Source of the DNA: Kudoa neothunni
Taxonomy: Eukaryota; Animalia; Cnidaria
Direction: 5' to 3'
Length of the DNA stretch: 64,000 nt
Assembly (NCBI GenBank): GCA_964304625.1
Contig: OZ199838.1
Span: forward strand, 7,021,835 to 7,085,834
Shown: in pieces, positions 14,801-26,079 of the stretch
How the letters are laid out: every line of letters begins with the position of its first letter
Numbering within the stretch: the stretch's first letter is position 1
Translations under genes and position numbers: made by a program
Notes under the pieces: generated by a model
What the model was told of the DNA's origin: nothing
Databases searched by the model: none
Seen by the model: only the letters and a program-made list of their open reading frames with translations

Positions 14801-16965
14801 AAATAATGCTGCCGAGTTTTCTAACATAAAAATTTCCTGATTAAATTAATCGATCGTTTGAGTTCCGCAGTTGACACAAGCGCTTCATCTTTTATAAAAG
14901 TTGGATCGAAATTTTCTTGAAATTTATCAACTTTATACGCTTCAGGTAAAGCTATTGATTCCTCACTTATTTTTCCCTCTTCTTCAATATTGTTAGTTTC
15001 GTCATATTTTTATTTAAAAATTTAAGTTGAGAAAGAATTAAATAGTATGACGAAATTTTCAATATTATTTTCAGAAAAATCTTAAGATAAGTTTTCATTA
15101 TCTATTAATTCATCTTTAGGTTGGTATATTGTAGTATCAGAGTACAATGTTCAAAAATTCTAGATTTTCTAAATCACTATTAAATTATCTATATTTATTA
15201 CGTTACACTCTTCGTATCGTAGTGAAATTTTTGGGAATTTTACCAAAAAATTCATCATAGTTCGATTATTCACATTGTTGGTTTCACCATGAAATTTTTT
15301 TAAAATTAATTCCAAATTTATTTTTAAATTCGACGAACCAACCGTTACTATCGGTGAATTTGTCAATACCTATGGATTTAGCGATACTTTTTGTCTTTTC
15401 AACAATTATGTAAGCAGGAACAACCTTTTTTCATTTCGCATTTTAATTATTCATCTATAGAATAAATTAACTAACCCCGTGCACTTGTCTTCTTTTATTT
15501 TTTTTTTTGAAGCCGAAATAATAGAATTAATAATATCATATTGAGAAGCTAAAATTCTATCAATTGTAGAATGCCTTGAATATATGTTATATTGGGATTA
15601 GATAATTTTATATTATTATAAGGCTTGGGACGTTTAAAAATCATTACTTTTTCTCCTCTGAATAATTCAATCGAATTATAGTATTCGATTATTTCAGTTT
15701 TTTCAGCCACTGTTCTCTAATTCCTTGCCATTTCTGTTTTGCAGAATTCGAAAAGAAGATTAATTGAGGATTAGACTGAACGAAATGTTACGTTGTAGCG
15801 AGATTTTAGTTTTTACGGGCTATCTTAAATGTATACTTCTTTAGTAAAACATTTTTATCTTTGTTTGCTCAAATAACATTAATTTAAATAATTCTGAAGC
15901 AAAGTTTTGATAAAAAATTTGAAATACCCTTTATATTTTAATAAACTTGTGAAATTACGTAATATCTAGGTTCGACTGTATATAAAATGTTATTTAACAA
16001 AAATGGTTGTATTTATTTCTAAAAGTAGGCTTAAAGTTAGAAAAATTATTTAACATTACATGGAGTATAAGAACAAAGTAAAAATAACCGATTTTTGCCA
16101 AATTAAAATATTCCAATAATAATCAAAGAATAATTGAATTTTGAGAATACGTATGCGCCATAAAAGTACATATTATCCAGAACATCATATCTGTTAAGTG
16201 AGCATCGGGGAAATCATGTGCAACTCAAAATCAACCAACAAATAGAGTACGAATAAAAAATTTTTACCGTAGAATAAAAATTCCATCCAGTATTATTTTT
16301 AAAAATAGGTTTATACAGAGGCGAAATTAAAGAACCAGCTACGATAAAACGCCCAGACTCACCAGTGAATTTTAAGAAACAGCTAACTTTATAAAATCTT
16401 ATTTTCGATAAATAAAAAAGAGCTTTACATATTAATAGAATCAGTTTTGTAATATCTTAGCGATTCTAGGAAATATCCTTTACCGTAAGAATAACCTGTG
16501 CCGAAGGAGGGATTAAACGGATCCGTACGAATAACCGCTGCCATGTAAGACAAATTTTGTTATATTTTTCTAGATTGGCTAAGAAAGCAAGCAATTATGA
16601 CAACATTATAGATTCTTTTGATAAGAGCTATTCAAATTATCGACATGGGTCAATGTATGCCAGCCCCAAGTTGCAAAATGGTTACAATTTTACGGAATTA
16701 GTTAATATAACGACAGTTTTGTTTATAAATACAAAAGTGTCTATAAAATATAGTTGGGATATATTAACTACGTATGTGTTGATTGGGTTTCTTAATTTAT
16801 ATTATGAATAGACGATTCAAGTTGTGGAAGTTGGACATACGAGGTTTTTTCCACGGAACAACGAGACTTTGGTTCAATAACCGCCATTATATTCTCGTAA
16901 TGTATCCGGTATCAAAATATTCGTCATTGAAACCAGAAAACATTCTCCCACTCCCACCGATTTGA
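5888..16965 (+). CDS. POMGNT1: POMGNT1-like GT13 glycosyltransferase, copy 2 (further 5' exons probably at about 5400-5850; one intron expanded to 9,124 bp)
   Basis: Exon-for-exon paralog of copy 1 with the same intron positions. Exons from 5888 to 7449 and from 16574 to 16965 splice to an open frame ending PPI-stop. Intron 7450-16573 corresponds to the 39-bp intron 1672-1710 of copy 1. Confidence 0.85.
8088..10626 (-). mobile_element. Mutator/MULE element (FAR1/ZSWIM3-like transposase remnant) nested in the larger element
   Basis: About 170-bp TIRs starting GGCAG/GGCAC and a perfect 9-bp TSD tttttgaga (8079-8087, 10627-10635). Minus strand about 9150-9570 reads CRDDCPSSINFRV..INNHPC..QPNQRKL and FPKLLLMDEIYKLFN, similar to the MULE motif FPEVLLxDATYKLN, with stops and frameshifts. 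Confidence 0.8.
13456..14440 (+). mobile_element. pogo/Tigger remnant
   Basis: TA-CAGTGG start; decayed CENP-B-type segment (VSCGWFK..FNLRKCKLYCD) and KNKKIALV. Interrupted at TA 14439-14440 by another pogo element. Confidence 0.5.
14441..15978 (-). mobile_element. pogo/Tigger element, decayed
   Basis: TIRs CAATCGAACCTGGATATTGCGTAATTT / CAGTCGAACCTAGATATTACGTAATTT with TA TSDs. The minus-strand remnant DEALVSTAELKRSINLIRK is homologous to the tail of the Tigger at 41823 (DEFVTTTQLKSAINTSRK). Confidence 0.75.
14499..14665. mobile_element. hAT-type MITE, 167 bp
   Basis: Perfect 8-bp TSD caatacag (14491-14498, 14666-14673); imperfect TIRs CAGGGGCTCCCAACT / CAACGCTTCCCAGCT. Confidence 0.75.
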
Positions 16966-17274
16966 TTTAGTTGTTGATTTGTGCATTTGTTTTACTTATT
17001 TCATCGGGTTGTAACACATTTGTTTTTGTCGCTATTTAAGCACTAATGAATGGTATGATTTATAATAATGACTGTGAATATTATAAAAGAGGAAGAAACG
17101 AGATATATATTTTGTACGTTCAAATTTTCGCATGTAAGTCTATAAAATACTTAAATAAGTATTAAAATATGTGGAAAAATACCCAACCATGGATTCCAGT
17201 TCTTTGTCTTGAGATATATTTATAAAAATTGATAGTGTTTCTTTGTGTATTATTTCTATAGTTGATGTCTTTAA

Positions 17275-20200
17275 CCCTCTAAGATCATAAAAACGACTTA
17301 CCTCCAACGATCATTTGGGGTCGAATCGACCCCACATTTTTATTTTATTTTCCGTTACTAAAAAATATTTTCTTTCGGATTATAAAATATGTAAAAAATC
17401 TATCGAGGAAGTTTTGAGTAAATTAAAGTTTATTAACCCATTGATCTTCGATAATCCGTAAATGTACGGATTCAGACAACTTCGCTACATATCGTTAATA
17501 TTACATACTGGGGAAACGGCGGCTACATTGTGAAATGAGATCCATCTATACAAACTAATTTTATGATGCTAGTTATTACAATTTTAGCGAAATTTTCTAA
17601 AATTAAAACAAACAATAAAGGTAGCTTTATGACTTGGTGCACTCGAAAAAATAACGCATTCGAACGTTCAACCATAACATAAGACTACCTACGTAATATA
17701 TTATTTCGCTTGGTTTATCTTTATTCAATTTTGAAACACTTAATGAAACGTCTAACTAACTGGTCAAAGCAAAAATGGCGATTATACAATCCGCAAATAA
17801 CAACAATCAAGCGTTGATTTTACTCTCAACGTCGTATGGATTATTGAGCGCGACGGAGAGTTCAAAAAAAAATTTTCCGCGCTTGTTGTTGATGTAGATC
17901 TTTTTGTACGATTCTGAAATGACCCGTATTTGCCAATAAATGAATTATCGTATATGCTCAGATCGTAGTCATCAGTTTCTTGAGAGATCCTATATTATAA
18001 CATCCTCATATTCACCACCAGAAGACTAATCGTATGGAATAAAAAATTAAATTTAGAATTCACGGATGTTATCCTGATACTAAATTATTACTTAAGGAAA
18101 AAAATATTTTATATTATCCAATGCAGTGGTGGGCAAAGTGCGGCCCGCGGACGAGTTTAGAAGGCTGAAAAATTGCGCGAGCATACACTATTTTCACAAG
18201 GCACCGGCTGTTACCTATTATTACGGGAGGGAATAACTCCAAATCTAAGAACCCAGTTAAAATTTTAAATTCACATTTGTAATTAATGATTTTTGGCCTA
18301 ACATAATTATTTTGAAGAACATTTGAGCTATTGAAATTTCTGATATTGTGACTATAAATTTCGTGTTTTATGTTTTCTATGAGTAATGTTAAATAAATAT
18401 TTTAATTTTTCACTAATAAAGGTTTCTATAAATAAAAAAACAAAATACCAGACACTGTGTTTTATGTATAAACACGTCCACCCTATTACCTCTGATTGTA
18501 CCTAATACGTTAAATTTTTCGAATGTTTGGGGTCCAATGGATCCCAACCCAAATTCTGAGAAATCTACTACTTGTTCAATAAGTTTTATTTAGTGAAATA
18601 TGGCTTTATTCTTCCGATATGTTACGAAGAAAAAAAAAGGTTTGATAATTTAAAAAGAACTCCCAAAATATTTTTTAGAAACCTAGCTGTTTTGGGGTCC
18701 AGGCAGACCCCAGGTTTTTATTTCATTAAAACACGTATAAAATCGTATAGAATTAAATACTGCATTATTAGAAAATTTGGTCGAGTGGATATTGATACAA
18801 ACATGATTTTATGGCCGTCGACCATCTCTGGTAATCAGCGATCCCAGCCGATGCACAAAATGGATAACTTATTTATTGAATTTCCATCAAGTGAAGAATC
18901 AAATTGCAGTGAAATAGACGATAATGTAGAAGATAATTTTCCCTCTACTAATTGTGAAAGCGCTGATGAGTTTGAGTCGATTGATATGTACAAGGATAAA
19001 AACAATGTTGTATGATCTCCTGATATTCCCTCAAATATCAAAACAACAAAAGAACATATTTTAAATAAGGCCTCAGGTGTTACCGCATTCTCCTCGTCAG
19101 GAATCTGTTTCATAATAGATTGTTTTTCGTTATTTTTTGATGACGAATTGTATAAAATCATTATTGCTAATACAAACAAATTTGGGTCCTTCCATCACAG
19201 ACATAAATGGAACGAACAAACTTTAGTTGAAATGAAAGCGTACATGGGAATTCTTGTATAAGTGTGTGATTTTAAATCCAAGATGGAATCCCTCAAACAA
19301 TTGTGGAACTTGAATAAAGGACGAGATATTCTTAGAAAGATTTAAACAAATTAATAGATGTATTCACTTTAATGATTTTGAGACTAGGACCGTACGGCTT
19401 GAAAATGATAAGTTTTGTCCAATAACTGATATCTTTAATAAATGGAGAAGCATTCTTCCAATGTGTTTAACCCCCTCCGAAAGTCTTAGTATCGATGAGC
19501 AGCTGGTAGCATTTCGTGGTAGGTTCCCATTTAAACAGTATATGTCATCTGAGCCTGCAGTTTATGGCAAAGTTTTTTCTATTAACTTATCCACACACCA
19601 ATTATACCCATAATATTTCCATCTATCTGGGTAAAACTACTAATGAGGTTAATAAGAATGTGGGAGAAAAGGTTGTCTTAGAGTTGTCGTCATATCTAAA
19701 AGGATCTGATAGAAATATAATACGCGATAATTTCTTTACGTCGATCGGATTGGCTGACAAACTTCTTGATCTTGGATTAACAATGCTTGGAACTCTTCGT
19801 CACAATAAAATGGAAATTCCGCCGATTATGAAGCCGAACAAAATGAGGGAAGTCTAGTTCGATTTTTGTTTATCACAAGAAAAAGATAATGTTATCCTAT
19901 GTGCCAAAAAAGAACAGGGATATCATTTTGTTGGCTTTTTCATCAAACAATGTTAAGTTGCATCCGGATCATACTAAAAAACCTGAGGTTATACTTTATT
20001 ATAACAAAACCAAAGATGGCGTAAACACGGTGGATCGTATTCTATCTATCTCGAGTGTAAAATGATATATAAAAATATGGCCGATGCTAATTTTTTACAA
20101 TATGATTGACTTAAGTTTGGTCAAATCGTTTTACTTGTATGAAATTATATTTAATAAGCCTAACTTCTCGAGAACCAAATATCTAGAAGAGTTAGCTGAT

Positions 20201-20988
20201 TTATTAGTGAAACCTTTTCTCAATGATGATCTTACTATTTCGAATAATGAAAGCTTCATTTCTAAAGCTAAAAAGGCGTAAACTATGTATGCGAGATTCG
20301 GATAGAAAAACAAAATCAATGTGTTTTTGATGTTCAAAATATTGTTGCAACAGTCACTCTGACATTATTTGTTGCAACTGCGTAATAAAATACGAAAATT
20401 GGTTATTCATCTGATATTAGGTATTGTTTTATTTATCACTGGACTTGTTCCTTCTAACATCAGAATATTTTAATTAATTCAATGATATGAAGTTAGACTA
20501 TATTTATATTGATAAGAGGTTATATATTTCAATTAATGGATTTATCACCCATCTTAAAAATTATATCTTAAAGACATTGTTAATTTTTTATTCTACTAAA
20601 AAATTATAAATGATGTAATAATTTGTAATATACAATAATGGAAAATATAATATTAGTATCCTGCATTTTAAACATTATAACAGGTCTGAGATACCTCAAA
20701 TCATAAAATAATGCACAGAATAATTTAAATTTGTGGTTTGGGATGTAGTTATCCAATTTTAATCAAACTTAAAATCTAAATGGAGCTAACTATTTACTCG
20801 AGTTGGATCAGCAATCTTCGCATTAACGTCTTTGTTCATTTCCTCTCTATCTAGTCGATAAATTTATTTTTTAATTCAAACAAGAATATTCTATAGTTTC
20901 ATCTTTAAAAACATGAACGAAAATAAGTAGGGTCTTCCTGGACCTCAAAACGGCTGGGCGTATAGTCGATTTTAGCATTCTCGGAGGG
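17275..20988 (+). mobile_element. piggyBac element, transposase pseudogene with inserted fragments
   Basis: TTAA-CCCTC..GAGGG-TTAA ends. Broken transposase at about 18850-20390 (SIDEQLVAFRGR, IRDNFFTS, MLIFYNMID, Cys tail). Subterminal TGGGGTC-n-GACCCCA palindromes. Confidence 0.8.
18200..18500. repeat. Solo terminal fragment of the MULE family found at 8088-10626
   Basis: Aligns with the reverse complement of about 10305-10626 (GGGAATAACT..CTAAGAACCCAGTTAAAA..TTCACATTTGTAATTAATGATTTTTGGCC..TACCTCTGATTGTA). Confidence 0.75.
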
Positions 20989-22164
20989 TTAAACCCTTTA
21001 AACCTTCCACTGTTAAAATGATCGCTATTATTGTTAGAATCTTTTTGAATGAATTTCTCGTCATTGTAACGATATTATCAGTGCAAATGAACCACCATTC
21101 ACACTTACTAAAAATATCCATTTATAGATTTTGTTCTCAACATCATGATTGAGGTCTGATTTAAAGTTTTTCGATAATTTATCAAAGGTCCTAAACCTCC
21201 TAATTTAACAATTACATCTCACATTAGAATCCCATTCAATGTTGACATTCTTTTTCAGGCCATATTTACCCGTAGTCATTTTTTTAAATTTCTTAACTCG
21301 TCTACTGAATCTTAACATTGAATTATCTTATATTTCTCAGAAAAGCTTTGGTAATTTCGCGGTTAAATAAAATCTATTTAACCGCGATAGTGCACGAAGC
21401 ATGCAAAGTGTACTTTCAGGTACAATTCCATTACGTAAGATCTATATTTTTTATTTATATCATAATTAAGGGTATTCCCTTTATTATAAGTAAGAATTAG
21501 AAAATTCAAATTTAGTTTTGTGTAAAAAAATGGAGATTACGTACGAGCCCTGTTGCATTGTATACCAAAAAATTATATTAACTAAACATTATATTTTCAC
21601 AAGATAATTTATAGTCAAATTCCTATTTCACATATTGAGCTACGAATAAATTAATTTTTTCAGTTTGGAAAGTATACCATCATTATATAGAACTCGTAAA
21701 CTCACTTTTTGGTCAAATAGTTTTGCAACAAAATAGTGTCAATGAATGTAAGTAAAAAATTTGGCAAAATATATGAAGAATAAGGACATTCAAAAGTTTT
21801 TGTAAATTAACGAGAGATTACACATGGGAGCGATTTTTCTCGAAATTAGAGTTACTTAAAATTACGAAATAATTTGTTGAGACTGGATTTTCACCCTTCG
21901 TGTTTATATTTTTTATTAAAAAGAATCATAAAATAAGGAAATGCGCGAAAGAGTGTCTATAAATTGCCACAGACTCCATAATAACCAAAAATTAATACAT
22001 TTCAAATTTTATGTAAAATTTAGTTTGTTAAACATAAAGTGAAGTATAAAATATAAGTGAAATACATGCCATATTTCTGGAAAAATATCGTCGAAGATAT
22101 CCATTTCCTTTGATAACATAAAAATTATTTGTTTTTGATATTCGAATACATTAAAAAAACTTCC

Positions 22165-22250
22165 TGTTAATGCCACCATAAACGCTCATTTTATAAACTA
22201 CTGAAACACGTAACTATGCATATGGATTAAAGTATATCTAGAACTTAACA
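22165..22250 (-). repeat. 3' LTR (86 bp)
   Basis: Direct repeat of 25994-26079 with one mismatch; TG..CA termini with a 6-bp inverted repeat. Confidence 0.95.
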
Positions 22251-22261
22251 CTTTTCCCCTT
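22251..22261 (-). promoter_or_regulatory. Polypurine tract AAGGGGAAAAG
   Basis: All-purine run directly abutting the 3' LTR on the minus strand. Confidence 0.9.
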
Positions 22262-22274
22262 CAATTTTTTGGCT

Positions 22275-25200
22275 TTATAGGTTGATAAAAGGATCCAATA
22301 ATTTCTCATTCCTAGCCTTGTATGGTTTCATTTTATCAAAATTTGTGACGAATTGCTTTCCATTTTTTTCGAGGCGATAAGTAGAATTTGTTATTCTCTG
22401 CTTCACTGTATACGGCCCGTCGAAAAATGGATCGAGTTTATTTTTCCTGACTGGAATTTGGACCCATACCATTTCCCCAGGTTTGTAAGGATTTCCATAG
22501 GCTTTCTTGTTGTATCGGTTTTTCGTTTTTTCCAGTGACAGCTCCATATTCTCTTTTGCCAAATTGTATGCCATCGTAAGATTTGATTTTAAATTTTTTA
22601 CATAACCGTCAAGCGTTTGCAAGGTACTTCCAGTTTCAAAAACAATTTCGATCGCCGATTTAACCTCTCGTCCCATCATAAGGAAATTTGGAGAATACTT
22701 CGAAGAACTATGAGGCGCCGAACGATACGCCATCATAACCAACGGTAGCAAAGAATCCCATTCCGCATGTCGATCAACAACCTTGCTTAACATATCAATT
22801 ATGGTACGATTCAGTCTCTCTACCATGCCGTCTGACTTAGGATTGTATGGGCATGTACGCGTCTTTCTTATTCCAAGCAGTTCACATGTTTGCTTAAAAA
22901 TTGCAGACTCAAAATTGCTCCCTTGGTCGCTGTGAAGTGTATGAGGAAGTCCAAATCTACTAAACACATGCTTTACCAGTTTTTGTGATATCGTCATGGT
23001 TTCTTGGTTTTTGATGGCAAACGCTTCTGCCCATTTAGTGAAGTAATCCTGAATAACTACAATATAGCGATTCCCATTATTAGTCACTCGGAGCGGTCCA
23101 ACAACATCAATAGCTACTCTTTGCATAGGATAGCTACACACTTCCGTATTCAACTCAGAAACAAATTTTTTTGTTTGTCGATTCCTCGCAGCGCACTTTG
23201 GACACGATTCACACCAATTCTTCACATCCTTCTTTTGAAATGGCCAGTAAAAATTTCGAGATACGAATTCATTCACTTTGTTGTGCCCCAAGTGTCCCGA
23301 AGTACTGCTATCATGAGCAATTTTCAAAACTTCTTTTTTCAGTCTGTCTGGTACAATCAATCTAAGTCTAGTCTCCATTGTGGTGTCGTTTCTGAAAACT
23401 CGATAGAGTATATCATTTTCGATTTTCAACATTGATCTCAACTTCCATAAAATTCTAATTTGGTCGCTCCGCTCTTTTGGTTCCACAAGAGGCATTCTAT
23501 TCGTCTTCATCCAACCAATAATTTGGGATACATTTGGATCAGCCATCTGAACTCTTCGAATCAGCTCGTCAGGGAACCCCTTTACTTCGACCGCATTGCA
23601 ATTCTTTGGATTCGGAATTCGAGACAATGCATCGGCGTTCGCATGATCTTTCCCTGGTCTGTGGATTACCTCAAATTCGTACTCCGCCAAAATCTCCAAC
23701 CATCTTGCAACTTGTCCTTCTGGGTTTCTGAAAGACAACAACCATTTTAAGGCGTTATGGTCGATACGAATTATGAATTTCTTTCCAGCAAGATAATTCT
23801 TAAAAAATTTCACAAAATGCACCAGAGCCAACAATTCTTTCCGGGTCGCACAATAATTTCTTTCTCTTTGAAGTAAATTGCGACTTCCAAATGATATTAC
23901 CTTCTCTGTACCATTTATCATTTGAGACAGTACACCACCAATTGCAAGGTTACTAGCGTCTGTATCCAAAATGAATGTCTTTTCCCAATCTGGGTTGGTT
24001 AAGACCGTTGGAGACGTGATTTCCTTCTTGATTGTATTGAAGCTGATCTCACAGTCAATAGACCAGTTCCAGGGAACATCCTTTTTGAGCAATTCATAAA
24101 GAGGGGCAGAAATTTCAGAAAATTTTTTTACAAATCTGCGATAGTAGTTGGCAAGTCCTAGGAATTTTTGAACATCCTTAACATTATTGGGAGTTGGCCA
24201 CTCATTGATAACTTGAGTTTTAGACGGATCAGGGGTTATCCCCTTTTCACCAATGACGTGACCAAGAAAGTGGACCTCCTTCTTATAGAATACTGATTTG
24301 TTTTCGTTAATTTTCAATTTTTTATCTCCCAAAACCTTCAATATCTTCTTGACGTCATCGATATGTTGATTATAGTTTTTACTAAATATTATAACGTCAT
24401 CAAGATAGACCAAACATATCTTCCCAATAAAATTCTTCAAAACCGAGTTCATCATGCGTTGAAACGTGGCCGGTGCATTGCAAAGTCCGAAGGGCATACG
24501 TTTGAATTGGTATATCTCATCAGTACCATAGAATGCTGTTTTTTCCTTATCATTTTCATCAATCAGCACCTGATGGTAGCCATCTTTGAGATCCAGAACT
24601 GAGAAGTACCTTGAACCTCCCAACATATCAAAGATATCATCTATTCTAGGCAATGGATAGGAATCCTTAATCGTTATTGCATTTAGCTTTCGGTAATCCA
24701 CACAGAGCCTAAACTTCCCGGATTTCTTTGGGACAATAACCGCATTCGAAGCCCATTCTGAGCACGACTTTTCAATAACATCATTTTCAACGAGTTCTCT
24801 AATCAACTCGTTCATTATATTTCGCTTGTGAAATGGAATTCTACGTCTTTGGTCTCTTATCGGCACTCTTGTCCCAGTATCAATATAATGATAAATTGGC
24901 TTCTCAATTTCATCATCCTTCTTGGTGGAAATATTCGCAACCATTAAAGACTCAGAGTTAGCTTTCAATTCCAGCGTCTTTTCTCCAATTTTCACAGTCA
25001 ATCCAAGTCTGTTCATCACATCGACTCCAATGATACAATCGTGTATGACATTTTCTATTACATAAAACTTATGGTTTATGCTTTTCCCTTCAACATTTAT
25101 AGGTAACACAGTAATACCCTTAACTTCCATTTCTCCACCACATGCAGATATAACTTTTTCATGGGTGATTTTAATGTGTTGCTGACCCAACAATAGAAAT

Positions 25201-26018
25201 AGTTTGTGGTTTATAATACTAAGTTGCGAACCAGTGTCAAATAACGCACCCACCACAATGTTTTTAATTTGTAATTTCAGAAAAAATAGAGAGGCGTATT
25301 TAGAATTACTACACTTGGTCAAATAACAATGTTTTTTTATATGTCCAAGTTTCCCACATCCATAGCATTTAACAGGGGTTTTGATTTTAAATTTGCTTTC
25401 CAATGCATCCAGCCTTTCCAATATCATATCCTCTTTGTTCTTCCTACCAACTGCAAGAACTTCAGGAATCGGTACTTCTGATACACTCACCATTGTATTG
25501 TTCGCCACAAACTCCAACTTCCTAGCTAGAGTAAGAGCATCTTCGAAAGATACCGGATCCTTAATCATCAAGTTTTTCTGAATTTCTTTACTCCTCACAC
25601 CATGGATGAATTGATTCTTCATCATCTTGTTGATTTGATCCATAGAAACTCCAGTGAGGGTCACAGCCGCTTTTCTACGCAACTCTTCTGCGTATTCGAT
25701 AACGTTCATATTATCGGTTTGGACGCACTCGAAGAATTCTCGCTGAGAGATATAGCCATCCTTAATGGAGCCAAATCTACTAAGCAAGAATTGTTTCATT
25801 CCATTATAATCAGATGTCATTGTCCATCCAGACTCTGTCACTATCTTAAATACTATTGGTGACAATGACACTAGTAGTTCCAATGAATGCTTTTCTGGTG
25901 GAATATTTCGATGAACTAACAATAATTCAAATCGAGCACACCATGCCTCTGCATTTTTCCCATCAAACGGTTCGACAGTAGCTACTGCGCCAATGTTAAT
26001 GCCACCATAAACGCTCAT
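22275..26018 (-). CDS. Single-frame Gag-Pol polyprotein (capsid, CCHC knuckle, protease, RT, RNase H, integrase), 1247 aa
   Basis: PFDG..W Gag start, CYGCGKLGHIKKHC, ALFDTGS, MPFGLCNAPATFQ, YLDD, DTDAS, HHCC (H..GHLG..CPKC), DVVGP/SDQG/GMVER integrase core, GPY. PR-RT-RH-IN order indicates Ty3/Gypsy. Confidence 0.97.
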   Translation of the reverse strand: MSVYGGINIGAVATVEPFDGKNAEAWCARFELLLVHRNIPPEKHSLELLVSLSPIVFKIVTESGWTMTSDYNGMKQFLLSRFGSIKDGYISQREFFECVQTDNMNVIEYAEELRRKAAVTLTGVSMDQINKMMKNQFIHGVRSKEIQKNLMIKDPVSFEDALTLARKLEFVANNTMVSVSEVPIPEVLAVGRKNKEDMILERLDALESKFKIKTPVKCYGCGKLGHIKKHCYLTKCSNSKYASLFFLKLQIKNIVVGALFDTGSQLSIINHKLFLLLGQQHIKITHEKVISACGGEMEVKGITVLPINVEGKSINHKFYVIENVIHDCIIGVDVMNRLGLTVKIGEKTLELKANSESLMVANISTKKDDEIEKPIYHYIDTGTRVPIRDQRRRIPFHKRNIMNELIRELVENDVIEKSCSEWASNAVIVPKKSGKFRLCVDYRKLNAITIKDSYPLPRIDDIFDMLGGSRYFSVLDLKDGYHQVLIDENDKEKTAFYGTDEIYQFKRMPFGLCNAPATFQRMMNSVLKNFIGKICLVYLDDVIIFSKNYNQHIDDVKKILKVLGDKKLKINENKSVFYKKEVHFLGHVIGEKGITPDPSKTQVINEWPTPNNVKDVQKFLGLANYYRRFVKKFSEISAPLYELLKKDVPWNWSIDCEISFNTIKKEITSPTVLTNPDWEKTFILDTDASNLAIGGVLSQMINGTEKVISFGSRNLLQRERNYCATRKELLALVHFVKFFKNYLAGKKFIIRIDHNALKWLLSFRNPEGQVARWLEILAEYEFEVIHRPGKDHANADALSRIPNPKNCNAVEVKGFPDELIRRVQMADPNVSQIIGWMKTNRMPLVEPKERSDQIRILWKLRSMLKIENDILYRVFRNDTTMETRLRLIVPDRLKKEVLKIAHDSSTSGHLGHNKVNEFVSRNFYWPFQKKDVKNWCESCPKCAARNRQTKKFVSELNTEVCSYPMQRVAIDVVGPLRVTNNGNRYIVVIQDYFTKWAEAFAIKNQETMTISQKLVKHVFSRFGLPHTLHSDQGSNFESAIFKQTCELLGIRKTRTCPYNPKSDGMVERLNRTIIDMLSKVVDRHAEWDSLLPLVMMAYRSAPHSSSKYSPNFLMMGREVKSAIEIVFETGSTLQTLDGYVKNLKSNLTMAYNLAKENMELSLEKTKNRYNKKAYGNPYKPGEMVWVQIPVRKNKLDPFFDGPYTVKQRITNSTYRLEKNGKQFVTNFDKMKPYKARNEKLLDPFINL
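25981..25992 (-). promoter_or_regulatory. Primer-binding site TGGCGCAGTAGC (tRNA-Ser-like)
   Basis: Begins 1 nt inside the 5' LTR boundary with TGG, complementary to tRNA CCA. TGGCGCAGT resembles Ser-tRNA PBSs; the tRNA identity is inferred. Confidence 0.75.
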
Positions 26019-26079
26019 TTTATAAACTACTGAAACACGTGACTATGCATATGGATTAAAGTATATCTAGAACTTAACA
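25994..26079 (-). repeat. 5' LTR (86 bp) containing the gag ATG at 26018-26016
   Basis: Direct repeat of 22165-22250; minus strand reads ..TTTCAGTAGTTTATAAAATGAGCGTTTATGGTGGCATTAACA. Confidence 0.95.

Larger units (their letters stand above)
7464..16542. mobile_element. Large Mutator/MULE-like element with about 110-bp TIRs filling the POMGNT1 copy-2 intron
   Basis: Left end GGCACTGGCTATTCTTACGGATCCGTATAATCCCTCCTTTGGCACAAGCTATTCTTACGGTAAAG matches the reverse complement of the right end, GGCAGCGGTTATTCGTACGGATCCGTTTAATCCCTCCTTCGGCACAGGTTATTCTTACGGTAAAG. The TIR is related to the MULE at 8088. The TSD is degraded. Confidence 0.8.
22165..26079 (-). mobile_element. Full-length Ty3/Gypsy LTR retrotransposon, 3,915 bp
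   Basis: Two 86-bp LTRs (85/86 identical) bounded by TGTTAA..TTAACA, 5-bp TSD cttcc (22160-22164, 26080-26084), PBS, PPT and an intact Gag-Pol ORF. Confidence 0.97.

Noticed and set aside
22353-25862. Plus-strand ORFs overlapping the Gag-Pol
   Set aside because: Antisense shadows with no motifs and mostly non-ATG starts.
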